64,000 bases of DNA from Phoronis australis. Taxonomy: Eukaryota; Animalia; Phoronida. The stretch is from the NCBI GenBank assembly GCA_002633005.1, contig NMRA01000032.1:1-64000 (forward strand). The letters run 5' to 3'. The notes beneath the pieces were generated by a model. The model was not told where the DNA came from and did no database searches. It saw nothing but the letters and a program-made list of their open reading frames with translations. Made by a program: the position numbers and the translations under genes. This document shows, piece by piece, positions 39,301-54,300 of the stretch (its first letter is position 1; each line of letters begins with the position of its first letter).

Positions 39301-42300
39301 GCACTGGGCCTTTGTTTAAATTGACTAGTTGTTCGGGATAAATTGAAAAGATAATCGAGAGATTATTTACACGCCGCGTTACATCATAAATAGACTTGCG
39401 GCCCGGTCTGCCGCTTGAGTGAGTCCGATGATTTGGCTGTCCACAACGGACCACCGACTTCCTTAGGCTTAGCCTTTATTCAGTTTCAATGGGCTATGGC
39501 CAGTAGTTGTCAAGCGTAATTTGAACCAGTGAAGAACTTATTAACTTCGACGACGTCTTTTTTACAAAGTAGAACCTATATTTTTAAACTGGTCGCGAGA
39601 TTTTTAAACAGGACGCTGGATTTTTAAACAGGACGCGCGCTCGGCCAAACAGGACGCTGCGACACGTTAAAAGTGGTCGTGGAGAACACTGATCTTCCCG
39701 AGCCTAGAAATTGCTTCTCATTTGAGTATAGAACAAGGTGAGACCAATAATTATTTAATTTTTTCTGTGACAAAAGAAGGGGATAGTAATTAAAAGCTTT
39801 AACAATTCACCACTAACGAACAAATGCTATGTAATCAATTGTCTGTTGCAGCATGATGGACCAGGCGACAAGAAGCACTCTTCAGGCCAGTACAACAGAA
39901 AAATAAGTCGACGTGGTAAGTGGCTTCCTTAAATAACCTACTCGTCAGGCCTGTACAACAGGAAAATATGAAGTTGACATGGTATGTAGCTTCCTAAGTT
40001 AATGTATTCACCAGGCCAGTATAACAGGAAAATAAGTCGACATGGTTAATGGCTATCTAATCTATTGATCAGGCCACCAGGAAATTATGTTGACATCTAT
40101 GGTAAGTGACACTCTATTAAAGCTAATCCACTCTTTAATGCAGTATAACAGGAAAAAGTCAGTGTCTTTCTGTGCTTACATACTCTAACTATGGGAAATT
40201 CAAGTTGAGTGGAACTGAATTACTCTTCAAAATTGTTCCATGGAATAGTTTTAAAGTTGAAGTGGTCACTTGCTCCCTAAACTAAGTAATGAAGTATTAA
40301 GATTTCCCTTCCAAATCACAATAAGCTTGGTCATGGTATTAGGGACAGTTCACAATTACGCTGGCCATTTGTACAAGGGTGTATAACATTTGCCTTTGGG
40401 GAGAGACAGTGTTTCCATTTACGAGACAGTAAATATTGATATCTTACGAGAATTTTTGTGGAAAATTTCCTGTCAAATCTTCACTGAGGCATGGGCCGAA
40501 TGGGGTATTGAAACGCGAGAATGATACAGCGTAAATTTCACAAGACATGCCATGTATGGAAATAATAGGTTGCCTGCAAATATTTTCAAGACCTTCGGCT
40601 TCGGCTGTGAACAAGGCCGGTACTTGGCCCACAAACTGGGAATACCACGGTTGCTTCACTTCAGCCATCGATATCAAACACAAATCTCAATAAATTAACG
40701 TAAAACGGATTCAACAAACCATGATAGGATTCACAACGAATTAGCTACAAATTGGCGATCAGAACACAAAAATCTTTCCAAAAGGCTGACTCCTTACAAC
40801 TTCTGTAAACGGGTCATGTGAGTCAGTTCAAGGTCAAGGGCAGAATTACTCGATGAGATACCTTCCGTGATGAATCAGCAATTGGCTTTATCCATGCATG
40901 AGTGAAACGATCGAAACAATGAATGGAGAACTAGAACTACACTTTTATGTGTGCCGTTCAGCATGGGCATACGTCGTTACACGACAATCAGTTGTTTGAA
41001 AATAATGTTTGATGATGTTTTTACCACATCACTGTACACACCAACACTGGCCTTTAAATTTGAAGTGTACTTGCAGTTTAAGAGATACCTTATTAAAATA
41101 TTGCCATTTCTGCATAGGGAATAGCTTACAGTTTGGATGCCTGAGTGTGAAAATGGTGATAGTTGTGAACGGTCCCTTAACTGGTTAATGGTTATTTCAT
41201 GTGGACGTTTCTCATCTGTAGTGTTGTATTGATATGATCTAAGGCTTAGTATAGTCGGAACCAGTCTGTCAATTTGACAACCTTGCTTGGAAAATTCCTG
41301 ATCCATACGCTTTGTATATTTTGTACAATCATCTGCATGGCGGATGTTGTAATCTACTCTTCACTTGCTATTTCAGGTGGCAGTCGAACACCGAGGTCTC
41401 CTTTGAGAGAGTCCAACATTCAGGAATATCGGAACCGTAGTCCGCGGCGAGTCGGATTCAAAGATTACCCCGAGTACAAGGAATATGGCGACCCCGTGGC
41501 ACTCCATGAATCCAGAGCCGACGTCCTTGACCACGATAATTTCGTGCGTGAACCTAGATATAAGGATGAAGGTAGTTATGGACGGGGTGATAGGCTTACG
41601 TTAGACAGGACAGAACACCGTGACTTGCGTGATGTCATCCAGGAGCCGAGCAGAGGGAATTATTCGTCAACCTATTCCTTGAATCCTGTACAGGCAAGTC
41701 AAGGCTACAGTTCCCATACGGTTGATTTGACAGACTCAAGAGCTCTTAGGCAGACTGACATCAGGTTCTTGAATGATGACATGGTCACATCAACACCGGA
41801 CATGGGTGCTAAAGGTGTCGCCCCACGCCTCCATCATGTGGATGTTAAAGTGCCCCCTGTTGTCAGTCGGGTGTCGGCTATAAGTGGCCTTCCTGGCAAC
41901 CCCTACAATAAAGAGGGTGATCACAATGCCACCTATGTCTCGAGTGGAAACTCAACAGGAAGTTACCGTGAAGGACTACAAAGTCGAAGAAGCAGAAAAA
42001 TACAGAGTAGGTTAAAGCACCTTGACAAGGATTCAGGTATGTCCATAACACATGAAATCTCAGAATCTTCAAAATTTCTACATTCATGCCAGGAGGGCAC
42101 TACACAGGCTTTGACACAGCTGGTTTGAGAATTTTTACACGTACTTTGCAACTTTGACATGCATTGTACTAGTCCACGTAAGTCCACTGTAATTTTAACT
42201 TGTACGGCCAGTCTTCTGAGCAATGGATGACCTGGTAATTGTCATTCTGTTGAACAGAATATATATTTTCCTCTTTTGATTAGAGGGAATCTGTCCTTGT

Positions 42301-45300
42301 AATTTTTTTGGGAATCTTATTTTTTGTCATTTCATATTTATTGTGAAGTAAAAAATGTAAAAAAATGTTCGAGTATGTGCTGGCTAAGTCAACTTGATGA
42401 CGTCTGTCATTGTCCATTAAATTTACATCCAGAAGCACTGTCGAAACTGAGAGAACGAATCAAAGAGCAACGACTGCGGTCAGGGGACAACAGCCTTGTC
42501 AGCAGCGAGGATAGCTCTGCCAATCACAAGGATGCCGTCATGACAACTGATGTGGGTCAGCGGGCACTTCACCAAGACAACGACGTTGTGTCAAGCAGAA
42601 CGTATGGGTTGCACCTGTCTGATAAGCCAGATGAACCTGTCCCAAGAAAGGTGGCCTCTGCCCCACCCCCTCAACATTACAAAGGTATAGTACATCACAC
42701 AGTCTTTGCGTAATGAAAGGTGTTTGCAATCTCAATATTACCAAAATATTTCAACAGAATGAATGTTCATAGGTGGCACCATTACATTGTATTAGGGATA
42801 GAGTAGTTACATGTCGACAACCTGTTTGTGTTGCGGATCTAGCTTTCGAGCTCTTCCTGGGCCCTTCATCTGGGTACTGGCTGGAACCTTTGTGTCACAT
42901 GGTCACCAGTGGGTGGTCCTTGGTGGTTGTCCTGGTTGTCATCTGGCAACCTTACAGCCATAGTAAAACACGGTATGGACACATTGCACATTTGCAAACC
43001 TACAGTCAGAATACTCTCTAGAGAGAATAAATAGTGCAATCGTAAAGTCAGAGAAGAAGTCGAAATCATGAGCAATGAACCAAAATTGAACAGAGGCAGT
43101 GGATATGAATTACAAGCTATTTACTAGTGCCTCCTTGCAAGTAACAGCCACTAGGTTTCCATAATAAACGGGTCACTAACAGGTATCTACTGTATCCCCT
43201 TTTAGATATGTTTCAGTATTTCACAGTGTCTGTGAGGAACACTACACTAGTGTGCACCAAATTAACTCAGTATTACAGTGAGGGGACGTTCTCAACTTGA
43301 GCAGGGTGTCTCACGACTTCTCAGTATTAAAGTTGTCTGACATGCTCAACATCAGCTTAGCACATCCTCTCAATTGGTGTTTCTCAACTTAAAGTGACCT
43401 TCAGTTGCCATTTCAACAATAAAGTGATTTTGATATACCATCTCATCTGTGTGTTTCTGTTTCCTTCAGCCCTTGGCTCTGCTTTGTTTAGTCTATTAAT
43501 GTTGTTGACTTGCCAATTGCCATGTTGACTCCTCAATTTAACTCGTGTATTGTTGTCTGTGGCTAAAGATGCTTTCCTGTTGAGAGTGACTGTTGCCAAA
43601 GTCGAGTGTGCATTTCTTTGGAGTCGGGTTTCGTGAAAAGNTAGATGGCTACTTGTTTGGTCGGAGTCGACTAGAAGACTGGTCAACGACCAGTTTCGTT
43701 GCCAACTGATTGGACAAACATTCATGACCTTTGCTGTGACTGTTTTGCTCCTTTTGTTTGTGCATTCGGTGGTTCCATATTACTAATTTCTAATTTTCAT
43801 TTCAGAGGTCATCACTGTAAGGTCATGGAGGGCGGGTCAACAAGTCATCGCAAAGGAGCTCGGGCCGAAAAGAATCACCAAGACAAAGGAAGCCCCACCA
43901 CCTGTTACACATGAGGACACCGATTCTTCTGGTGAGCATTACTGTCCCTATCAAGTTTTGTCTGAAAAGTGTCTTTGCTGATTGAGTGCATGGAACACTA
44001 GTGATACACAGGTGATACACTAGTGATACACAGGTGATACACAGGTGATACACAGGTGATACACAGGTGATACACTAGTGATACACAGGTGATATACAGG
44101 CAGTGTGATAACATAAAGGCAAGAGTTAGTGAGAGTGTTCACAATATACCATAATACTCGTCCGAGTAAGGAACCTTTCACAATCTGTGCCATTTTCACA
44201 AATATGCAAGGACTTAATTGTGAAAACTGTATATCTCTGCCATTGAAAGTGCCTTGACTTACTCGCCAAAATATTGCATGATATTAATTTACAGATGCTG
44301 GTCGTTTCCTCATAATACGACATATAGAAGCAATAAATATAACACTTTGAAGTTTGCTTTTTCACTTCACCAGTTTTATGTCAATCTTCAAAAGCATATA
44401 CTAGCGTGTACCGTATATTTGGATCTGTTGGAAATGGTTCTGCAAACGGTTTCTTTACCCCTGAAGTTAGATATTGAAAATTAAAAATCATTTGATACCA
44501 GTTGTAATAAGTGCGCAGCCTCTGTGAGCCAAGTCAATAGTCTATTCAGCAGTGGGCAGTGACTATCACTATGAACATGACTGCAACACTAGAAATTTCC
44601 TGGGATAAACAGCACTTGCCTTGCAGTTCTGTTCACAGATATTATAGTGCACTGACATTACTGGGACCACAAGATGACAGCTGGGGTACGAGTTCCAATG
44701 ATTGATTGACCTTTCTGCAAAGTACCCCAGCAAACATTACAGTGTGACCATTTAAGATGCTAATGGACAAAAAAGTGCTCTAAACGTCCTTGAACTAACT
44801 TTTATTTTAGACGCAGACGATTCAGAAGAACGCTTACTAATTTTTCAGTGGAGAAGTTTAGAGGAATTTAGGCATTATTTCGTGGCTCGGGCTGTTCGTT
44901 TTAAGTATGTCCTGTGTTGTTATTGAAAATCTTCATTCAAGTTATCTTTTGACTATGAAATTTCCTGTGATGCAATTGATGCTGAATAACTTTTTTTTTA
45001 TTTTTAGTCAAAGTGCAATTCTTCCATAACTTTGCTTGACTAACAAGCGTGCTGCAGCTGAACACCAATGCTAGATCACTTTCTCTTCTTCCTGTAGAAT
45101 CCACACCTGTGGTCAAGACAGACGCGCCGCCACCTGTTGGTGTGATAGAGAACAAAGAGCCAGAGGTGGAGGAAGAAGAATTCTTGGATAGTCTGGAGCC
45201 AGGCAAGGCCCAGGTGTTGTCTGAAGAGGCCAGAAATGTACTGGCTGATCTCAAGTCTGGTGAGGGCAAATGTCAATGGATTTACGGTTTCCGTTCAGGT

Positions 45301-48300
45301 CAATGCTCAGGGCATCTGGGGTGGGTTTTAAGCTGAGCATGGGGGTTTAAAAGCAAAGCTTTATTATTCCTGCCAATATTAAATAATTGCAGGCGGTCTG
45401 TTACACCTTGTACCAGATATTCGCAGGCTGTGCGTGTGGGCTCATTATACTGATCACCTGAAACCATTTTTATGCTTTTTTAATATAGATTATACCGAGG
45501 TGGGGAATTAAAGACCTACCTCAAGGATGTAGCAGTGTGCCCCTGTGGGACTCGTACCCACGACCTTGAATGAAGAAATAGTACACCTATCCCACTAGGC
45601 AACACTGCCTCCTCTCCACTCCTGCCAACCAAAAAGCAATCACTGCCTGACAGGGAACATTATTCTCTGTGCTAAGATTCTTGTACTGGGACTCCATTTC
45701 AATATTCACTAAGATTCTTGTACTGGGACTCCATTTCAATATAAAATTCACTAACATGTCAGTCACAGTATTGCAAACAGACATTTTATTGAGTTAAACA
45801 GACAAATACTTATAACTCTTATTATTTGCTGAATGTGCTCCTGCAGAATCGGACAGTGAAGACGACAAGAAACCAGTCAAGGAGAACACTTTACCAAAGA
45901 AACAATTGAAAAATACTGCTGGCACGAAACGACGGGCTCCTAAAGCAGGTATTTGTGCCTTGAATTCACAGCTGAGCCCACAGGATTTCTATGTTTCTAT
46001 GCTGAAAATCTGTAAGTGTGTGGCATTTGAAGTCGTCGTGCAGGCTGGCCACAGTCTTATAATATGTGAGAGTGTTCTGTTAGACGTGAATGTTTTCAAA
46101 TGGCAGTGCTGTTTTGATTTGACTTTTTGTCGCTTCACAAGGTTAAAGTAACTTCTTGTCTTGGCAATTTTCCAATTTTCAGAGATGTGGGTAGCTTTTA
46201 AGTATCAGGCTGCATTTCAGGCAAAAGGTCCTTGTGAAATAAGCGACATCTTGCAGTCTTTGTGAGTTATCACTGTGCATTTCAAAGGAAGCATGTGATG
46301 TCACTAGCTCTACCTGCATGTGTCGTGTGTCTGTGCAACGTGCTCCTGTTTGAGCAGCTATACTTGGTTTCAGTAGCCATGTCATGTTGCTTTGTCAACT
46401 TGTTGCTCGTTTCATTGATCCAAGCTGACGTCGTTCTTCCCCACAGTTAAGGAACATCAAAATGTCTCTTTTTTTCTCTGATTGACAAACAGAATCCGAG
46501 CGGATGCCATCATTCCCTGTTGCTAAGGTGCGCCACTATGACCACGATGATGTACGCAAGTACATGCTTCATAAGAAGGCGGAACGGCGACGACATCTGC
46601 AGGCAGAAAAAGAGTCCAAGAAGCGTGCAGAAGAAGATCGTCGGCTGAAGCTAGAGGAACTATACAAGAAGCAGCGTGAGGCGGGCGCCAAGCAGAAGCA
46701 GAGAGACATCAGACAGACCGGCCATAATGAGACATTCTCAAAAGAGGGCGCTAGAGAGCTGGGCAAGCGTCATCCATTTCATGAGGATAGGGTGAGTGTT
46801 GTTATTTGTCTGTGAAATTGTTACCTATTGAGCATTTTTCAAGTTAGTTTTAGGATACCGTTAGTGATATGCACTTGAGTACTAGTATGTTGGTGTGAGA
46901 CGTTTAACGTAGCTGAAGTTATAATATAGAGCAGGCACTTCAATTTCAGGAAACTGTCTCGGAGATGGAATATAGAAAAGTAGAAAGTGACAGCTCAACT
47001 TTGACTGGGGACAGCTTGGATGAACATACTCCGCATGCTAGTGACAGGTAATTGCTTTTTGTAATGTTTTTCTTAAATGTATAGTCCATTTTATTCATTT
47101 GGGTGTTACCAGTTGTAATGATCTGTTTTCCTAAATGTGGGTAATGTCATACTGTACAGGTACAGTTTTGATCACAAGTATCATTTGCCGTGCACGATGT
47201 CTGATGATGGACAAACTACTGGGCTGGTTGTGAAATTGTTTTGTAAGTCTTATTGTATCATTCATTCATAATGTATTTGCCTGCAGATTTCATGGTATCT
47301 TGCCTATTTGATCTGACTGCTCGGGGATGTTTTATCTTCCAATGCCCGTGATGCCTTGTATTTGGGGCCGAATATTGGCCCCATTCCCATGTGAAAAGAA
47401 TGTCAAATTACCGTCATCAGGCCCAAGAATTCAAGTCAAGGTTAGAATGATCATTTCTGCAAAAGTATCAATTTTGATTGCTTCATGTATTGCTGATGAG
47501 GTGTGGTGATTGGGCGATTGAGATGGTGGGTTTGAAGAATTTTCACTCCATCAAAAAATTCCCGTCTGAAGTCACAGGCACCATTCCCCTCTGCCATTAT
47601 TTCATTGGCTGGACATCTTTAGACCACTTCATTACACGGCTGTTGACGTTATATATTTCACAGAGAGGAGGAGCCACCTGCCAGGAAACATGTTGTTCCC
47701 ATCGACGCGTCGACGTCGGAGGATGAATCGCTGAGTGTGGACCAGCTGATCAACAAGTACTCCAAGAACCTTCCCAAAGTGGCGGAACTATCGAACAGAA
47801 GTACGTCTCCACCTGTTGATGCTGTGTCAAGGGAATGGCTGTTTAACACTGTGTTATACTTGGTTTTCCATGACATGTTATCATTGGTGTTTCTAGTTCT
47901 GTTGGTGTTGTTCTTACGTAGGTGCAGTTTCTCTAGGCCCAAACTACCATCTTCAAATTCAAACTTTAATTTAGTTTCACCGTTTCCTAAAAGTTTTAAT
48001 CCGTTTGAACTCAAGTTTAGTATTTTTGATTATGTGGCTCAAAACTGTAGTGAACCGATGATGTATTCAGATGAGCACACTACAAGACAAAGGTAATCAG
48101 ACGACATACCATGTCCCTATCATGAGGGCTAATTCTGTTTAAGCAACAAAAATTACACATAATAACTATTATGCCTGCGATGACTTAGCCACCGTACTAA
48201 CTTTCCTCTAAATTCCCCTTCTTTCTCAGTCATGAGGGAAGACTGCTCAAGTGATGAGTTTGACTTCTGCCCAGCCATCGTTACCGGGAATTCTGGGTCA

Positions 48301-51300
48301 TTTTGTCTATCAACTTTTGGCTTATAATGTACATGGTCTTGATTCTGGTTACACAAAAGTTTGCATTTTATAACCCCTGAGCACAACTTGCAAAGTTCAA
48401 ACTCCACATTTTGAGCTGCTGCTCAAATATTTAAGGTCATCGACTGCAAACTTGAATAATACGCTTACCTCCATCCTCTTTGAAGACAAAGCAGAGTGTC
48501 TTCACATTGTGCAGGATCTAGAAGGATATTTGCTCAGCATTCTTAATCAGATACCAAATACTCATCGAGGCTTGCCATGATTTCAGATATAGATGGCGCT
48601 GTTGTATCCTGTGTATCTACGGCAACTAGCACGGTTAGTGCACCACCTGCACAAGGTACGACCTCTTTTAAAAAATCAATTGATAATGTGGAGCTTGACG
48701 TCACTAGGTAGCGTTTGTGAAGCGATGGTCTTACCTGGATGAAGTCATTCGCTGTAGTCATGTGGGACCCTTCACCCACAAGCACACCCTATTCATATTG
48801 TAAAAAAAGAATTCTTTCTTCCTTCCTCAATCCTGTTATTGGAAAAAATTATGCCTAAATCAATAATCTCATATTATTCCTTATTCTTGTCTGTTATTGA
48901 GCGATGGTATTGTCACAATTGTAATTGTCACAATGGCCATAGTTTGACTTAAAGAGAACAAATATTTGGTTATTCACATATGCTCCCCAATCTTGGAAGT
49001 CTACAACCAAACTCCAGTCCAACAGTCACACCATTTATACCCTTTTTCAGCCGTTTCTATACCCACGACAGCGACCAGCCATCCACTGCCCAGCGACACG
49101 TATCAACGACTGCGCCAGTTCCAGCAGCCTGCATCAGTGCCTGCCCTCTCGGCACCTGTCACGCGACCAGTGACATCTGTTATTAGCATAAGCAGTCTAC
49201 CGCACACATCCTCTACCCAGCAATACACATCAATTAGTGACGTGCATCGCTCCAAATTGGATCGCATAAAAGCTATCAAGGAGACAGCCAAGTCTTTGGA
49301 GAATAAAATTCACGTAGAGACCCAGCGTTTAACTGGAGAAGATCTGGCGCCATCTGTTGGTAGGTGGTAATTGAATTGCAAAACGGTTCAATGGTGATTG
49401 CAGTGAGCTGGTTTCCTTTGTTTAATTTTGGTGATATAGTTATTGCTTGACGCTAATACCCTCTGTTGGTTGGCTATGAACAAACTACTTGGAACTAATA
49501 TCCTATACTGGTAAGTACTAAGTGAAATATAAGGGTCTGGTGACCTCTGTTGGTAGGAAGAAAAGTTAAATGTGCTTGTTGCTTCTCCCATCACATGGGA
49601 TTTCTGTCAAAGCAAGCACCATTTCTTGGCATCATCTGGATACAGTCAAGTATCTTTTGTGTTGCTTAAACTTCCTACATCAGGAATTTCTGACTGGAGG
49701 TGTATAACTTTCTCTAACTTGTGCATAACGAGTAACCCTGTATACATTGGAAGAATCTTTCAATTTTACACTGGGTAAATTTGATTTTTTTCGCTGGTTC
49801 TGCAAGGTCAACTGGTTAAGACATCTGATCGGTTCTTGATGAAAACTTCCAGCCTGTGAAGCAGTCAACTTGTTGACCAGGCGAAACTGTTGAAGTGGAT
49901 CTCAAGTACAGCCATAGTGTGAAATATTCTGTGAGCTACCTTTGCCCAAGCAGGGTATGATCTCAATTTAAGTCAAATTCAAATTTGCCATGTTTCTAGG
50001 CCAGTCATTTCCTCATGAAGGCAAGTGGGCGGTGGCTCGTCACCGTAGCCCAATCACAGAAGAAGATGTCTCTGACTTCACGCCCAGGCATGACCGATTG
50101 GCTGGGTCACGTGATCAATACAACGTCTTCTCTGACGATCTGCCTGGTGTCAGGAACTTAGACGCACTGGCTCGCCATGCTAAGGTAAGGGTAATTTTAG
50201 TATCGTAGTTAAGATAAATTTTGATAAAATGGAAAAAGGTATTGAGGACTGCTTCATGTGCTATCATATTGCTGCGCCTTTAGGACTATGGAACTATACT
50301 CGAAACAGTGCCTTTTTCTTGGCGTTTTTTACCCATTGGGCTTGCATATTGGTGCAAGCGCCTAAGTTTCCCCTGCATAGGGCCATAGATTAATTTGCGG
50401 ACCCATTTTGACTACCTCTGCGCCTGGTAGTGGCAATTAGTTTTTGCCTCTATTCTGTGTTATTCCTTGGTGTATTTTTAAGAAATTTGGTTTATATGTT
50501 GCTATAAGCAATAATGTCTTTTAACTCAAGTGGCCCGCATATTGGCGTGTGCACCTCAATTTTGCACTTATTCGCAGTTCCGCTCAGAAGCCCATGGCCC
50601 TAATTGTGTGGCAATGCAGTAGGTGTATTATGCCTGTTAGCTTCAGCATGTGTTGAGTTGTTGGTTGGAAGGTTGGTTAACCAACTCTGCGATATTTTGT
50701 GACGTTTCACAAATTGTAAAATTGTGTAGTTTATCCTTATCACTGACAAATCCTGTCTCACATAAATGTGAAAAGCAAAGTTGTTGTTATTTAATATAGA
50801 ATGCACAAAGCACCAAAAAATCTTCTACGACAATTGAGACTACCCTGTGACATTTTAAAAATTTTGAGATGTGACAAATAGGGACTTGTCATTCAATATG
50901 AATCCATTCTCCGATTTGCCTATCGAGGACTTGTTGTCTCTGATTATGTTCAAAGCTGAGTGAAGACAGAGGGTTGAGTGTGATATGCAGTGATTTGTTT
51001 TCACGTATTTTGGAACGTCTCTGAAGGTGATCGTATACAGTACCACATTTTTTAATGTATGTTACTGTTATTTTTAATTACTAAGGAAATTCCTGTTATT
51101 AAGTACTTTTAATAAATGCTTAGAATATTTCAATTTTTAAGAGCCAGCATTATGCATATGTGAGTGTCTACTGCCATTTTGTCTAAGTATCTACTTCCAT
51201 ACTAGTATGTTATTTTAACTGCTAAGACCATCACAATATCTGACTGGTGCGTTGTTATTGAGAAGAGCACATCTGTTGGTCAGAAACGTATGCATTAAGT

Positions 51301-54300
51301 TGTTAACAGTAATGTGTTGTGTAATCTCTTTACCTTCTGTGAAGTCTGTGTCCATGTGAAGCCATCGTTTTGTAGGGCCATGGTGACAGACCTGAGGTGG
51401 TACCCCGGCGGTTGAGTCCCGTGGATAAGGAGGCTGAGGAGAGGCGGAGATACTTAGTGAATGAAGATCTTCAGCAGTATCTCTTGGTAATTATGAGCAG
51501 AAAGGTTCAAACATGTCCAAATATGGTCATTTAAAGGTCACATGTAGCCAAATATGGGCATTTAATGGTGATGTGAAACCAAATCTGGGCATTTAAAATT
51601 CGCGTAACCAAATCTGGGCAACTCAGGGTCACACATAACCTAATATGGGCAGGACACCAATGTTATGAGTGATGTATTTTATAATGGAAAATGTGTAAAT
51701 TTTTAATTATTTTTAGCTGTGTTTTCATCATAAATCAAAGTGAGGGCCCTCTTGGAAAGCAGTGCTATCACTGAAGAGGTCACCCTCATTTTAAATATCA
51801 CAATAAATAAATAAACAAATGACCTCAAGATTCAAATTTCTAGTTGAGAATTTGTTCAGCTGCAGTTTTAGAGTCTGCTCACTGCATGAATATTGATTAT
51901 GTCTAAACTTGCTGTATGATATTTCCATGCTGCCAGCTGTCAAGCATTGACAAATACGGTTGGGAAAGGGCCTATCACATATACAAATGTGGTATATCCA
52001 GGCACCCCTCTAGATGGATAGACTCTTCTAGCTCCTTCCTGGGCACTGTAAGCACATTGTAGAAGAGTCGATCATAGTTTGGGTGCAGAGCTGTCTGTTC
52101 ATGAATGGTGTATACTATCTATTGTTTCAAGACCATGATTATGTTATTGTGTGGGTGTGGTTTATGGTTTTGAGTGACATGTTAAATCATGTTGCATTAC
52201 TTATCGAAGTGAACTTGGATATCTTGTTACAGATGGAAAGCATTAGTTCACATCGACCTGTAATGTTGAAAGTTTGGTAAAGCATTGCTATAAAGCCCCA
52301 CACATCAATAATTTCTTGCCAAAAATACAGTTGCTGTAGTTTACTGCAGGTTGGAGTCATATCGCAGTATCAGCTGAACGCTCAACCTGAGCCAAATCCT
52401 ATGCATTAAGTAGCTGTATTTTAAGCGTATTTCACACCGACCTTGATTTCTGTGAATTCCTGACAGACCACGACAGTTAAATCACAAAAATGCTACGGAT
52501 CTTTTTGTTTTATTACTCTGGTCAAAGCTAATGGCTTCAAAAATTCTATCTGATTCCAACATTGCATTTTCGGCTGCAAATTAAAACGAAGTTGTGGACT
52601 TAGAACCTCTCAATAAATCAAGTTGGCTGTGTGGAATTTTACCGTTGAAGCCACCGATGAACTCGATATAGTGCCTGGTGTTGTCTTGTTACAGTGTTAT
52701 CAGGAATGATAATTGCACTAAATTTTGTTGGATTTATTCTAGGAAAATTCTTCATGAGCAAACTGCCCTGAATTCATGGCAGTACTGCTGTATGTGCATT
52801 AACACTTCCTTTCTTAGTTAACTAGCTACTGATATTATCTGTTACGAGAAGGACACAGAGAATGGATTCCCTGTGACATGGTGACATTCTGTGACAAAAC
52901 ATGTGTGCTGGAAATTCTTAGACATTATATGACATTTCGAGAATTCTGTGACAAAGTATGAAAAATTTGAGGATCCAAGTAGGTGTTTAGAACTTTGTTG
53001 GGTTTCGAGTTATTTTATACTCCCTCAAGTGGTGGTTCTTTTTTCTACAAATTGTAAAATTCCTTGATAAATTTTGTGTCTCACATGTGTGAGACTTCCC
53101 TGTGACATTTTGAAAATTTTGAGATGTGTGAAACTGTGACTTGACATTAAACACAAATCCGTTCTCTGAGGTCAGTTCCAAGACCGATAGGGGCTACAAA
53201 ATTTGCTGGAACTCTCATTTGCTTTGGGACATGACAACAGATTGTAGTGGAAATAATTCCCTGTTAAAAATTCCTGCCAAATTCTGGTATTCTAAAGAAC
53301 ACGGGAATGCTACTGTTCAGTAGTGGTTATTTCACCCTGTCAGTCTGTCACCTTAGATAGATGTCAATGAATTTGTGACTGAAAGTGCGCTATTCTGTAA
53401 TGAACAGTTAGTGTTTTTACAAATTTAAAACAGCCTGATGCACCCAACCCAATTAGAATGATTGTTTTCTAGTTTTACACGTCAGTGTACCAAACCTGGA
53501 TAGAAATATTATGCAAAACTCGGTTGTTAGGAGACGGGATGTGATGCAAGTGGTCAAACATTTCAGTCGACTACGATCAACTATCATCAGTGCCTGAGAT
53601 TCCCATATGTATGGATAGAAATACATAATTAAGCTCATGCACAGCTTAGCACATTTTGACAAGTGTCTTGTGTTACTTCATTTGCTGTTCTTTTAAACAT
53701 TAATTGACTCGTGGTTTTCAAGGAAGTTTAAGTTTTACAGTAAGGTAATAATCACAATGAAAAAAAAATTGTGACTCATTTTCTACTGGTAGAACTCATC
53801 ATTGTTGGAATTAGGGTAACGTTTCTTTAAAAACCAATTGGACACCAACTTATGACGGTTAATGATGAGTGAGAATGTTGCTAGAATTCTATTCAATGTT
53901 ATTATAGACTTCATCACATTAGTGTGTCAAATTTGTTATTATAGACTTCATCACATTAGTGTGTCAAATTTGTTATTATAGACTTCATCACATTAGTGTG
54001 TCGAATTTGTTATTATAGACTTCATCACATTAGTGTGTCGAATTTGTTATTATAGACTTCATCACATTAGTGTGTCGAATTTGTTATTATAGACTTCATC
54101 ACATTAGTGTGTCGAATTTTCGTGATATTTCCAAACACTTTAATTTTCACCGCTGAATTTCTAAAAATATCGACAACACTTGGAGAGAATGTGCAGCACT
54201 TGATAACTTTTCTTCTAATTGTAGTTCAGTCAGATTCTGTCCTCTAGTGTATTCACGTACAGTATGAAAATGAAGGAATCGGTCAAAGTAGCGTTTCTCT

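Noticed and set aside
42866-43725. Nested antisense two-exon gene (ORFs 43384-43725 and 42866-43075 are phase-compatible)
   Set aside because: No recognisable homology, it spans an N, and the putative acceptor lies inside the + strand Penelope fragment. Probably chance.
45530-45612. tRNA gene
   Set aside because: Only degenerate A and B boxes, with no acceptor or anticodon stems. It is a SINE head.
47801-48096. Hydrophobic TM-like ORF extension (LVFLVLLVLFL)
   Set aside because: T-rich intron read-through beyond the donor at 47800.
52232-52276. Extra CEP350 exon (CAG|ATGGAA..TTTG|GTAAAG)
   Set aside because: Phase 0 to 2 would break the frame between two phase-0 neighbours.
53897-54119. 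CRISPR array (37-bp repeat length)
   Set aside because: No spacers; it is a plain minisatellite in an intron.
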